A DNA stretch of 64,000 nt from Candidatus Magasanikbacteria bacterium RIFCSPHIGHO2_01_FULL_41_23 (GTDB lineage: Bacteria; Patescibacteriota; Patescibacteriia; Magasanikbacterales; UBA922), in the NCBI GenBank assembly GCA_001782805.1, contig MFPT01000002.1, positions 5,401 through 69,400 of the forward strand, in the 5' to 3' direction. How positions within the stretch are numbered: position 1 is the stretch's first letter; every line of letters begins with the position of its first letter. The position numbers and the translations under genes are program-made. Shown here piece by piece: positions 39,481 to 49,149 of the stretch. The notes below the pieces were generated by a model that searched no databases, had not been told where the DNA came from, and worked only from the letters and a program-made list of their open reading frames with translations.

Positions 39481-40617
39481 TCAAACAATAAAATCAATCA
39501 TATTTCCTCGAGTAATCGTCTCAAAACTCGCGCCCGGATAGGCCGTTGTCCAATCAGACGGCGGACGACCGGATTTATTTCCCCATTTGAATTCATAGCC
39601 AAACAATTTGCCATCTCGTTCTTCCACCCAATCAATTTCTTTTTGGTCATAAGTTCGCCAAAAATAATTATTGGCGTAGAGTCCGGAGTATGATTGTTTT
39701 TTTATCCTCTCCATGACTAGATAATTTTCCCAAAGCAGACCAACATCATCGCGCACAGACAGCGGATTAAAATTATTAATCAACGCGTTTCGTACACCCG
39801 TATCATAAAAATAATAACGCGACATTTTGGTTACTTCTTTGCGCAAATTCCGGCTAAAACCACGAACATTCACTATAACAAAAGCCTTCTCCAATAAATC
39901 GAGATACTTGGCAACAGTCTGTTTATTCATCCCCAAACTGGTTCCAATTTCAGACATAGATACCTCCTTGCCAATCTGATAGGCCAGCAATGTAAGAAGG
40001 TCGCGTATTTTTTTGGCGTTGCGAATATTTTCCAATTCTAAAATATCTTTAAATAAATAGGAATTGACCAATTCGTGCAGATATTCCTCCTGACGCGTAC
40101 GGTCATTAATACTAAATAATTCCGGATAACACCCAAAGACCAATAAATCCTCCAATGATTCCTGAAAGTATTCCAAACCTTTGGTTTCAATTATTTCCGC
40201 GGCCGAAATGGGGAATAAGTTAACGATTTTTTGGCGACCGGTCAATGGTTCCCCGACCTGACGCGCCAGGCTGAATGAAGCTGAACCGCTGGCGATAACT
40301 GACACATCTGGAAAATTATCAACAATAATTTTTAAACTCTGCCCAATTTGGGGAATTTTCTGCGCTTCATCAATGATAATGACTTTGCTATCACCAACAA
40401 ACCGCCTTAATGATTCTATATTCTGAACTGAAAGCGTGGCTTGAACTACGGTTGTTTCTCCGTTGACTATTTTAATGTGCTCTCTAGCCTCGTGATTCTG
40501 GATAAATTCATTAAGCAAAGTTGTCTTGCCCACGCGACGCGGTCCGTACAGCAAAATAACCTTTCCCGGCTGAAGTTTGTCGGCAAGCAATTTTTTGGCT
40601 AATCTATTGATTATCAT
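39481..40617 (-). CDS. AAA-family ATPase with a C-terminal DUF4143 domain
   Basis: Walker A LLYGPRRVGKTTLL, Walker B IIIDEAQ, and a C-terminal winged-helix/DUF4143-like region. Confidence 0.75.
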   Translation of the reverse strand: MIINRLAKKLLADKLQPGKVILLYGPRRVGKTTLLNEFIQNHEAREHIKIVNGETTVVQATLSVQNIESLRRFVGDSKVIIIDEAQKIPQIGQSLKIIVDNFPDVSVIASGSASFSLARQVGEPLTGRQKIVNLFPISAAEIIETKGLEYFQESLEDLLVFGCYPELFSINDRTRQEEYLHELVNSYLFKDILELENIRNAKKIRDLLTLLAYQIGKEVSMSEIGTSLGMNKQTVAKYLDLLEKAFVIVNVRGFSRNLRKEVTKMSRYYFYDTGVRNALINNFNPLSVRDDVGLLWENYLVMERIKKQSYSGLYANNYFWRTYDQKEIDWVEERDGKLFGYEFKWGNKSGRPPSDWTTAYPGASFETITRGNMIDFIV

Positions 40618-40838
40618 ACCGAATTTAGTTAAATAAAGACATTATAATGACCTTATTTTACTAAATTCAGATATTTATGTCAATAGCGCAACTTGGGTAG
40701 AGCTTTCGAGGTATACATACCCCCCACTTGCATTTGGCAAATAGTTTCTGTGTATAACTCCACGAATAACAAAATTTGATCCAATTCCTTAATATGGTAT
40801 AATCTCAATAATTAACTAAACCATGTTAAGCATTTCTT

Positions 40839-41792
40839 ATGAATTATTTACCATCAATCACAAAAATCCGTTTGGAAGAAAAATTGGCCAAACTGAATAA
40901 ACTTCGTCCTTTACCAAATTCTTCGGTACAAAAACTGCGAGAAAAATTTCAGATTGAAATGACTTACAATTCAAACGCGATTGAAGGCAACTCTTTAACT
41001 TTAAAGGAGACTTTTTTAGTTATTAACGAGGGTATTACGGTAAAAGGAAAACCTTTAAAAGATCATTTGGAGGCGAAAGATCATCATGCCGCGCTGGAAT
41101 ATCTTTATGACTTGATAGATAAAGACAAAAAGCACACTGTTTCTGAAATGCTCATAAAAAATTTGCACCAAATTATTTTACAGGAAACTGACAGAGAGTG
41201 GGCTGGTCGGTACCGAAACGCCAATGTAATTATTGGCGGAGCCAAGCATACTCCACCCGATGCTCTGCAAGTACCACAAAAAATGCGTGATTTAATTAGC
41301 TGGCTTATTTCACAAAAAAATAAAATAAATATTATTGAACTAGCTGCTTTACTACACCACAAACTAGTACACATTCATCCTTTTTTTGACGGCAATGGCA
41401 GAACTGCACGCTTGACCATGAACCTATTTCTTATGCAAGCCGGATATCCGTTGGTGGTAATTATGAAAACCGACCGAAAAAAATATTATGACGTGCTGGA
41501 TAAAGCGGATAGTGGCGTATATGAACCACTCCTAAAATTTATTGCTCGCTCAATAGAACGTTCGCTGGATATTTATCTAAAAACGTTAACTCCGGCAACC
41601 ACAAAACAGGAAAAATTTATTTCATTGACTGAAATATCCAAAATTACTCCGTTTTCCGCCAAATATCTAAACTTACTAGCAAGACAAGGAAAACTGGAAG
41701 CATACAAAGAAGGGAGGAATTGGTTAACTTCAAAAGAAGCGATTGAACGGTATTTAAAAAATAGGACAAGACAAAGAAAAATTATAAAATAA
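40839..41792 (+). CDS. Fic-family protein (AMPylase-type) with an N-terminal inhibitory motif
   Basis: Fic motif HPFFDGNGRTARL, and the inhibitory (S/T)xxxE(G/N) motif in TYNSNAIEGN. The C-terminal helical/HTH-like extension is a tentative inference, not supported by a recognised motif. Confidence 0.85.
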   Translation: MNYLPSITKIRLEEKLAKLNKLRPLPNSSVQKLREKFQIEMTYNSNAIEGNSLTLKETFLVINEGITVKGKPLKDHLEAKDHHAALEYLYDLIDKDKKHTVSEMLIKNLHQIILQETDREWAGRYRNANVIIGGAKHTPPDALQVPQKMRDLISWLISQKNKINIIELAALLHHKLVHIHPFFDGNGRTARLTMNLFLMQAGYPLVVIMKTDRKKYYDVLDKADSGVYEPLLKFIARSIERSLDIYLKTLTPATTKQEKFISLTEISKITPFSAKYLNLLARQGKLEAYKEGRNWLTSKEAIERYLKNRTRQRKIIK

Positions 41793-41980
41793 ATGATCCA
41801 CTTAACAGATAAAAAATGTCTTATTATTTATCTAACTTTGGTTTAATTTGCCATGTAATGCCTGTATTGATGCTCCTTGACTGTGAAGTTTTTCCGCTAA
41901 TTCCAATACCTGATTTACATCGAGATCATCACTCAACACTTTACCAATAGAATAAATTATTAAAGCCAACTATAAATATA

Positions 41981-42010
41981 ATTAACCACCGGAAACGACC
42001 GGTGGTTAAT
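41981..42010. terminator. Perfect palindromic hairpin (attaaccaccgg-aaacga-ccggtggttaat), candidate bidirectional terminator
   Basis: 12-bp stem between the convergent Fic gene and the minus-strand operon. The flanks are AT-rich, but there is no long T-run. Confidence 0.4.
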
Positions 42011-42045
42011 TATAGATTTATTTAGCTTAAGAAATTAGAAGAAAA

Positions 42046-42420
42046 TTAATCCTTATGAACCTCGTTCATCTTCAATTGTTTAGCAATTTCAATCCAGATA
42101 TCGGGTTTAATTATAGAGAGAATTTCACTTACTGAAAGAGGAGGTAATTTAGATTTTTCAAGCTTGACTTTTAACCTTCTCAGTTTATCGCTAAGTTTAG
42201 TTGGATCATCCAATGAATATAAAGAATACCGCTCATCTTCTATTGAACTGGATCTCAATAAATCATCTTCACTCTCTGAATAATCAATTGATCCTCCAAT
42301 CTGGAGGATAGCCCACATAACATCACCTGACGCAGCTTTTTCAATGATATTTTTTGCCTCGGCACACTGACCGTCCATGTGATGTCCGGTCGTACAAACT
42401 TTACAAAGTGATTCTGGCAT
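42046..42420 (-). CDS. Small Cys/His-rich (zinc-ribbon-like) protein, paralog of the next gene
   Basis: The N-terminus carries CKVCTTGHHMDGQC. The remainder is acidic and Ser-rich. Confidence 0.45.
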   Translation of the reverse strand: MPESLCKVCTTGHHMDGQCAEAKNIIEKAASGDVMWAILQIGGSIDYSESEDDLLRSSSIEDERYSLYSLDDPTKLSDKLRRLKVKLEKSKLPPLSVSEILSIIKPDIWIEIAKQLKMNEVHKD

Positions 42421-42453
42421 AAAATTAATTTTTACTTAGTTAATTATTAAAAT

Positions 42454-42924
42454 TTATTTTTTCTCTTCACTAAAATATCGTCTGTGAATTTCTGCGATTT
42501 TATTCGCCCATTTTCTCTCTAGCTTTGGCATTTCTTCTTTGTACATTGTAAAAGGATCTTTAAAGTAATTAGGCTCATCAAAATCCCAATCGTCTCGATG
42601 TACTTTTTCGTCTAAACGATCTAATTCTTCTTGATGAGTTTCGTCCATCGAACTAAGATCTTGCCTATCTTGCAGTTTACATTGTTCGCAATCCTTACGA
42701 AAAATCATATGAGAACAGTTTGCTTCAAAATCATCGCCTTTTTGCCATTCTAACAAATCTTCTTTTTGTCTTGCAAGACGATCAAGCATTGCAGTTCTAA
42801 CAGTTTGGATTTGTTCCTCTTTTTTATTTTTCCGTTCTTCGGCAGAAATTCTGGATCCCTGATGACAGGTTGTACAACTAACGCTGGACATTCCATGCGG
42901 ACATGGTTTAAATCGGTCAGACAT
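42454..42924 (-). CDS. Small Cys/His-rich (zinc-ribbon-like) protein
   Basis: Start chosen at MSDRFKPCPHGMSSVSCTTCHQG, which shares the CTT(G/C)H core with the downstream paralog. A second CEQCK pair is present, and the C-terminus is charged and helical. Confidence 0.45.
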   Translation of the reverse strand: MSDRFKPCPHGMSSVSCTTCHQGSRISAEERKNKKEEQIQTVRTAMLDRLARQKEDLLEWQKGDDFEANCSHMIFRKDCEQCKLQDRQDLSSMDETHQEELDRLDEKVHRDDWDFDEPNYFKDPFTMYKEEMPKLERKWANKIAEIHRRYFSEEKK

Positions 42925-42954
42925 AAAATGAAATATAATAAGTAAATAAACCAA

Positions 42955-43872
42955 CTATCTATTTTTCGCTTCCTCCAAAATTTTCTTCACTTCAATTGTT
43001 ATTGCTCCAAACCTGCCTCCCAGAGCATTAGGATTAGTCTCAACAATTTTTAATAAATTAGGAATATCCGCCTCAACGATAAGTTGAGCGTCAATGAGTT
43101 TTTGAATGCATACTTGCTCCACAATCTCCATATTATAACTTACTGCGACTCGTTTGTCTTTATTTTCCTGTGGTTTTGGAGCTGCCGGTTTTTCTTCCTC
43201 CGGATCCGGTTCATTGAAACCTCCAAATTCTATCGTTGGGACAGTAATAGATGTGAGTGATGGATCGGGTTGTTTTTCGATCGGCGTCTTCACCTCTAAT
43301 CTTTTGGGACTTAATGGTTTATCAGGTAGAGGTCTCTCTCCAATCTTCTTATAATGGATGTCATTATTAATAAAACCAAGGGTGATGTGAAAATCCTTCC
43401 TTTCTAAACCAAGGCACTCGCGAAAAGCCGTAGCTTCAGGAATCTCAATAGCAACAAAACAAACTTTTTTGTCTTTATCGGCTTTTACCATTCCCGGCTG
43501 GCTTCCATCGATATACCCGACTCCATTCACTTTTACCGGCGACTGACCACTTTGCAACTGACTGGACAAGCGATTAAGTTGCTCAATCTGCTCATCTGTC
43601 AGCCTACTCAAAATTCCCTTTTCTTGCTGTTCAATAATCGTTACATGAAATTTGCCTCTTGACTTAAACGGCAGAGACATTTTTGCTTGCATCGTCTCTA
43701 GTGTTGGAGTCAAATCCGTATTAACTGTTATTTCAATGGACTTCATGCGAGCCAAACTCTCGCGCGTGAGCTCAGCTAATTTTGGTGCAAAATCCGATAC
43801 CGAAGAAGTTAATGGCTGCTCTGGTTTAATAATTGCTAGAGACTCTGAAATTGGTCGTGTGACTTCAGGCAT
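42955..43872 (-). CDS. 2H-phosphoesterase-superfamily-like protein (LigT / cyclic phosphodiesterase fold) with a Pro/Lys-rich linker and a C-terminal domain
   Basis: Two H-x-T-x motifs, each preceded by a hydrophobic residue: KFHVTII and DFHITLG, about 85 aa apart. That spacing is typical of 2H enzymes. Confidence 0.5.
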   Translation of the reverse strand: MPEVTRPISESLAIIKPEQPLTSSVSDFAPKLAELTRESLARMKSIEITVNTDLTPTLETMQAKMSLPFKSRGKFHVTIIEQQEKGILSRLTDEQIEQLNRLSSQLQSGQSPVKVNGVGYIDGSQPGMVKADKDKKVCFVAIEIPEATAFRECLGLERKDFHITLGFINNDIHYKKIGERPLPDKPLSPKRLEVKTPIEKQPDPSLTSITVPTIEFGGFNEPDPEEEKPAAPKPQENKDKRVAVSYNMEIVEQVCIQKLIDAQLIVEADIPNLLKIVETNPNALGGRFGAITIEVKKILEEAKNR

Positions 43873-43882
43873 AGATAGTACA

Positions 43883-45244
43883 TTATTTTGAAAAAAAATT
43901 CGTTACGACTCGCCTAAAATCTTCTGCATTCAACAATGAGGTTTTTGACGCTGCTATCAAACTTCCGCCTGCTACACAAACAGTTGGATCTCCAATTCCG
44001 AGATATTCTTTTCCGGGCCGAAGAGTCGTCCATGTTTTTAATAACTTTGTTTCTTCTTCACTGAGAGTGCCCTCTTTTTCCTTTTGTCGCAACGAAAGCA
44101 ATATAGGCTCACGTTTTTCGCGTTCAGCGTCATTAAATATAGCTTCAAGGGATGTGAGATCAAACAAATCAAGTGACTCCACCTTCATACCGATATCATA
44201 ATTATCTCCACCTTTTTTACGATCCTGACCCGCATAAACCGCCACAATCGTTTCTGGTGGCATCCGCATGTAAGCCATGTTGGTCACCGCAAGAGGACTT
44301 AATTTTGTCTGCCCAAAAATCAGGAGTGTAACTTCCAAATTTGCCCCCTCCTTTGTTCTGATGGTCACACGACGTTGTTCAGCGGATTCAAACTCTTGAT
44401 TAAATGCCTCGACATCTGTCAAGGATTTTTCACGTCCAATTCTTAATAATTCTTTGAATTCATCTGAAAATGTCAACCCATTTGTTGTATCAAGATCTTC
44501 GAAATTAATCTGAAATCCTTCAGATTCTGCTTTTGCACACGCATTAAAAATCGCAAACATTTGTGTGATCAGCTCGCCATGAAATTGTTCGCTCACCGCT
44601 TTCGAGCGTCCTGCCTTTTCTTCTTTTGGAATTTCTGCAGAACGCCAAATCGCGCCAATCGCTGCGTGCATTTTATCAAAAAGAACATTTTTTAGGCTTC
44701 CGAAATAGCCGGGTAAACTTTTAATAAATCGTTGCGGATCCGTTTCGCCAAAGCGTCCATAGTCCACAAGATTCACAATTTCTCCCAATTTTTGTGTAAA
44801 TTTTGGAAGACCGCTCACGGATCGTGTGTCCACAAGAATTTTTGTGAGATATGTCGCCGTGATTGAATCAAGATCACTGTCAATATGACCGCTCACCCCT
44901 TTTATGTTTTTTTCTTGGATTAGAGCCAAAACCTCATCCGGGAAATCCGCGACCATTTTCGCCGCACAACGTCGAGTCCCGCCTTCTGGCATCTCTAATA
45001 CAGACGCATCAACACCATGATGGTCAATAATTCCATTTCGAATCGTCCAGCGATAAATTTCATCAACTTCTTCCGGAGTTTGAGGAGAACGCATTTCCAA
45101 AGGTGGAATAATCGGTTGGCCAGTATCAACCACGACCACATCGGGAGACAAGCCTTCGGCACGTCCCGCTTTTTGCACACTAGCAAAACAATTTTCCGGA
45201 CTCGTTGGCCTCACTTCCATTTCAGGTGTTTCTGTATCTCGCAT
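43883..45244 (-). CDS. Hypothetical protein (453 aa) with a DHH-like tripeptide (IIDHHGVD)
   Basis: Complete ORF and the first gene of the four-gene minus-strand operon. Assignment to the DHH family is weak: the DxD motif I and the GGGH motif were not found. Confidence 0.5.
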   Translation of the reverse strand: MRDTETPEMEVRPTSPENCFASVQKAGRAEGLSPDVVVVDTGQPIIPPLEMRSPQTPEEVDEIYRWTIRNGIIDHHGVDASVLEMPEGGTRRCAAKMVADFPDEVLALIQEKNIKGVSGHIDSDLDSITATYLTKILVDTRSVSGLPKFTQKLGEIVNLVDYGRFGETDPQRFIKSLPGYFGSLKNVLFDKMHAAIGAIWRSAEIPKEEKAGRSKAVSEQFHGELITQMFAIFNACAKAESEGFQINFEDLDTTNGLTFSDEFKELLRIGREKSLTDVEAFNQEFESAEQRRVTIRTKEGANLEVTLLIFGQTKLSPLAVTNMAYMRMPPETIVAVYAGQDRKKGGDNYDIGMKVESLDLFDLTSLEAIFNDAEREKREPILLSLRQKEKEGTLSEEETKLLKTWTTLRPGKEYLGIGDPTVCVAGGSLIAASKTSLLNAEDFRRVVTNFFSK

Positions 45245-45322
45245 AACTATATTATAAAAAATATTATAATCTAACAGAGAATATACAAAATTCTAAAACT
45301 CAAATTCTTCACTTATAGTTTA

Positions 45323-45332
45323 CCCCCCCCCC
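45323..45332. repeat. C10 homopolymeric tract in a divergent promoter region
   Basis: tttacccccccccc-a-cc lies between the start of the minus-strand operon (45244) and the start of the plus-strand surface-protein operon (45647). Nearby direct repeats tgtgcataa(c/g)t occur at about 45358 and 45394. Confidence 0.7.
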
Positions 45333-45646
45333 ACCTGCTTTCAGCAAATATTTACTGTGCATAACTTATGTAAATAATTCCATGTGCATAAGTCCATTTG
45401 ACAAGGATTTTTTTTATGTTTACACTTTCATTACAATTTATCCTCAATAATGCTGGAAGTAAGGTAACCCAATGGGAATTCCTTCACTGTGCCGCAACGG
45501 TAATTTCGATTTATGGAGCTTGCTCTGAGCGAGCGAAGCGAGTCGAAGAGTCCGGTCTTCATTATAGAGCGTAACCCGCGCAGGAAAATGCCTTTTTAGG
45601 CTTATTTATTTCTCTGCGCGGAGAAATTTTTTATTTAAATAAGACT

Positions 45647-46237
45647 ATGATGAGATGTTTAAAAATCCTGCGCCGTCACTGGTTAGCTACCATTATTTTA
45701 TTCGGTAGTTTGATTCTCATGATTATATATGGGAATAGTCAAAACATCGAATCGAATAGTAATAAACTCCTCAATCAAGAATCACAAAGTGTAGAAATAA
45801 AGTTAAAAGAAAAATCAATCTCTGTTCCTACAAATCAAAATTATGACACGGAAAATAAAAATGAAAATAACACTTCAACGCAAACCAACAGTCCAAAAAC
45901 CATAGAACAAAAACCAAACGCAGACGCTCTTGAAAAAAATCTAATCGCGGCCAAAATTATCATTGGTGAAAATGAGTATTTAATCAATGTTACGCCTTCA
46001 AGTTCAGTGTATGACGCGCTTATTCAGATGAACAAATCCGGCCAAGCCAGTTTTAATTTCAAAGAATTTAGTGGACTCGGATATTTTGTAGAAGGAATCA
46101 ATGGTAAAACAAGTGACAAATTACGTGGACGATATTGGATTTATTATATTAACGGCGTCAAAGCGCAAATGGGGATTTCCCAATACATTCTTAAATCAAA
46201 CGACATAATAACCTGGAAATATGAAAATCAAGAATAA
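45647..46237 (+). CDS. Membrane-anchored DUF4430-like (transcobalamin-like C-terminal domain) protein
   Basis: N-terminal TM and an Asn/Ser-rich linker. The C-terminus RYWIYYINGVKAQMGISQYILKSNDIITWKYE fits the DUF4430 pattern W.Y.VNG......Y.L..GD.I.W.Y. Confidence 0.45.
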   Translation: MMRCLKILRRHWLATIILFGSLILMIIYGNSQNIESNSNKLLNQESQSVEIKLKEKSISVPTNQNYDTENKNENNTSTQTNSPKTIEQKPNADALEKNLIAAKIIIGENEYLINVTPSSSVYDALIQMNKSGQASFNFKEFSGLGYFVEGINGKTSDKLRGRYWIYYINGVKAQMGISQYILKSNDIITWKYENQE

Positions 46238-48536
46238 CGCGTTCGGATATTTAATTTCCCTTTTGGTTTTAACTGTATTATTTTTTCCCGTACTAACACG
46301 CGCGGAAGAAGAAAATTCAACCACTACGACAACTACAGCAACACTCACAGAACAAACTACCACTACTACACCGACGATAACAGAAACACCGACTGCACTA
46401 GAAACTACGACCATAACAGAAATATCCAGCTCAACCCCAGTTACTGTTTTAGATTTTGCCCAATTAACGATTCGCATTGACAATACGATTATTTTTTCTG
46501 ATTCTATCGCGATTAGCCCTGCCACGACTACAGTAACTGATAATCAAAATAAAAACTATGATGTTGTGGATAACACTGTTTTAGGAATGATATTTAATGC
46601 TGATTCAGCCACAACGACGTTTGCCGTTACTGATCTGGCCTATTATTCTTCGTTTGATTCATTTTTAATTAATTGTATTGCAGTCGCGGACACGTCGTCA
46701 TGCTATAACTGGCAATACACGGTCAATGATGTCTATCCCTACATGGGAATTGATGATTACATATTGAAAAATAATGATGATGTCTATTTGTATTTTGGCA
46801 ATCAAACGCGATTTAACTTGGCAACATCTACTATTACCACTGCAGAACCACTAGCTATTACAACTGAAAAATATGATTATCGAAATAATCAATGGACTCC
46901 ACGACCCAATGTAACAGTGGGAGCAACCAAACCTGATCCTAATAATCCATGGAGTCCAATTGTAGTTACTTCAACACTCACCAATGAATTCGGTTTGGCC
47001 AATCTTTATATAAGCGTGACCGGTACATACAACGTCGGAATTAGTGAAGATTATTATTATCCGACCCAAGCAGTTACAGTTCTTGATATTATTTTAAATA
47101 ATGAAACAACGACAACTACCGTAACATCAACTCCGACAACGACGACGTCAACAATAGAAGTCATAAATTCAAATAATTCCGGTGGATCAGGTTCTACTAC
47201 TGCTGAAATTATTCCGACCATGGATGTTGTGAAAGCAATTGAATTCTTAAAAGCGCAACAAAATAAAACCACTGGCGCGATTGGTTTCCCGAACGGAGTC
47301 GAGGGACTCACCACAAGTGGTTCAGGCACTCTCTATAGTGATTGGGCCGCAATCGCCTTTGGCAGCGACGATAATTTGGGCGAAGCCAAAAATCTTTTGG
47401 CGACATATTTAAAAACCGATCCCAGTCCGGGTACAGCGGCGACCGATTTTGAGCGACGCGCCATGGCCATAATGTCTTTGGGAATCAATCCGTATTCGGG
47501 AACCAAAACCAATTATATTGCGGAAATTCTTAAAACATATCAAGCCAATCAATTTGGCGACAGCGGATTGGTCAATGATGATATTTTTGCGCTTTTTCCT
47601 CTGATTAAAGCCGGTTATACAATCAGTGACACAGAAATTAAAAATAGTGTGGCCTTTATTTTGTCGCGCCAAAATCAAAATGGTGGTTGGGAAAGTCCGG
47701 ACTTAACCGCCGCGGCTGTCCAAGCTTTATCTTTGGTCAAATCACAAATCGGAGTAAATGACGCATTAATTAAAGCTAAAGAATATTTAAAAACCAGTAC
47801 AAAGAATAATGGCAGTATTGGTGATAATGTTTTTTCCACCAGCTGGGGAATTCAGGCAATTGTTTCACTTAATGAATCAATTAATTCCTGGAATGGAACA
47901 AATGAAAATCCGTTAACGTATTTGGCCAAGCAACAGCAAACTGATGGCGGATTTGAATCAGCATCCGGCTCGCTTGATAATCGCATCTGGGCAACAAGTT
48001 ATGCTATTCCCGCGGCACAAAATAAAGTTTGGGCGGATATTCTTGTTTCATTTGCTAAACCGGTCATACAAAATACTGTTGAGACCAATCAAACCAGTTT
48101 TGGTAGTGGCGGCAGCGGAGAATTAGTCACAAGTACACCAACAATCACACCGGCAATCATAAACCAAGCAACATCAACTCCAAACAATAGCGAATCAGAA
48201 AAACTTTCCTCCAGACCAATTGAAACAGCAGTAAACGAATCACCGGAAAACAATAATGTTAAAGAAGTAGTCATAGAAAAAATGACAGAGATTGCCAAGA
48301 TTGAATCAAAATTTTCTAATTCACCATCTGTTGAGTTAGCCCAAAACCAATTAACGGTTCTAAATGAATCAGAATCTCCTATTGACAGAAATAATAATGT
48401 CGGCGAAATCATAACCACTGTGATCCCGTTAAAAAACACATCACCAATTGCTGGTCGCGAATTTGCTGGAGCCGCGACAATGGCTAGCAGCGCTGGCGCT
48501 TATTTAGCCTGGCGATTCTTCCAATCGTTAATCTAA
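46221..48536 (+). CDS. Large secreted Thr-rich surface protein with a DUF4430-like domain and prenyltransferase/squalene-oxidase-like (alpha/alpha-toroid) repeats
   Basis: Signal peptide, then poly-Thr tracts. DDYILKNNDDVYLYFGNQ is DUF4430-like. The repeats GGWESPDLTAAAVQALSL and QQTDGGFESASGSLDNRIWATSYAIPAA are prenyltransferase-like. The C-terminal tail is hydrophobic. Confidence 0.55.
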   Translation: MKIKNNAFGYLISLLVLTVLFFPVLTRAEEENSTTTTTTATLTEQTTTTTPTITETPTALETTTITEISSSTPVTVLDFAQLTIRIDNTIIFSDSIAISPATTTVTDNQNKNYDVVDNTVLGMIFNADSATTTFAVTDLAYYSSFDSFLINCIAVADTSSCYNWQYTVNDVYPYMGIDDYILKNNDDVYLYFGNQTRFNLATSTITTAEPLAITTEKYDYRNNQWTPRPNVTVGATKPDPNNPWSPIVVTSTLTNEFGLANLYISVTGTYNVGISEDYYYPTQAVTVLDIILNNETTTTTVTSTPTTTTSTIEVINSNNSGGSGSTTAEIIPTMDVVKAIEFLKAQQNKTTGAIGFPNGVEGLTTSGSGTLYSDWAAIAFGSDDNLGEAKNLLATYLKTDPSPGTAATDFERRAMAIMSLGINPYSGTKTNYIAEILKTYQANQFGDSGLVNDDIFALFPLIKAGYTISDTEIKNSVAFILSRQNQNGGWESPDLTAAAVQALSLVKSQIGVNDALIKAKEYLKTSTKNNGSIGDNVFSTSWGIQAIVSLNESINSWNGTNENPLTYLAKQQQTDGGFESASGSLDNRIWATSYAIPAAQNKVWADILVSFAKPVIQNTVETNQTSFGSGGSGELVTSTPTITPAIINQATSTPNNSESEKLSSRPIETAVNESPENNNVKEVVIEKMTEIAKIESKFSNSPSVELAQNQLTVLNESESPIDRNNNVGEIITTVIPLKNTSPIAGREFAGAATMASSAGAYLAWRFFQSLI

Positions 48537-48576
48537 TATCGTGGACTAGCTCAATCGTTTGTAGATTGATATAATA

Positions 48577-49149
48577 TTGAATGGCATTATGAACAAAATA
48601 AATAAAGAAAACACATCGTATTCTCAAACTAGTTTATTAGTTGCGATTGGACTCGTAATTTTTGGCGCAATTGCTCGTCTTGTTCCTCATCCAGCTAACT
48701 TTGCGCCACTCGGCGCTATTGCAATTTTTGGCGGATTATTTTTGCCTCGCAAACTGGCGATATTAGTTCCTTTATCAGCTATGCTTGTCAGTGACATTGT
48801 AATTGGCTTTTATTCCTGGTCAATAATGCTGGTAGTGTATTTAAGTTTTGCCTTAACCGCGTTTGCCAGCACCAAAATTAAACATTCTTTTAAGGCAATT
48901 CTCGGCACAACTTTAGCCGGATCAATTTTATTTTACCTCACCACCAATGCCGCAGTCTGGGCATTTGGCACTATGTACGCGCACGATTTTGCCGGCCTGA
49001 TGCAGAGTTACACCATGGCCATCCCCTTTTTCCGCAATAGTTTATTGAGTGATTTATTCTATACGAGTGTTATGGTAACCAGTTATATTCTTATTACAAA
49101 TTTTCATACCAATTATCATATTCAATCACTTCACCGGAATCAGTCGTAA
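48577..49149 (+). CDS. Polytopic membrane protein (ECF-transporter S-component-like topology)
   Basis: 190 aa, 5-6 TM helices. Its position downstream of the DUF4430 proteins suggests a substrate-capture role; this is an inference. Confidence 0.4.
   Translation: MNGIMNKINKENTSYSQTSLLVAIGLVIFGAIARLVPHPANFAPLGAIAIFGGLFLPRKLAILVPLSAMLVSDIVIGFYSWSIMLVVYLSFALTAFASTKIKHSFKAILGTTLAGSILFYLTTNAAVWAFGTMYAHDFAGLMQSYTMAIPFFRNSLLSDLFYTSVMVTSYILITNFHTNYHIQSLHRNQS

Noticed and set aside
45480-45600. A fourth copy of the GC-rich palindromic repeat family
   Set aside because: It shares only short gtcgaag and gagcgagcg words. That is not enough collinearity to assign it to the same family.
46196-46525. 109-aa minus-strand ORF rich in Val (GVVVVVCSVSVAVVVVVV)
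   Set aside because: It is the antisense of the poly-Thr (ACN codon) region of the 771-aa surface protein, a mirror-image artefact.
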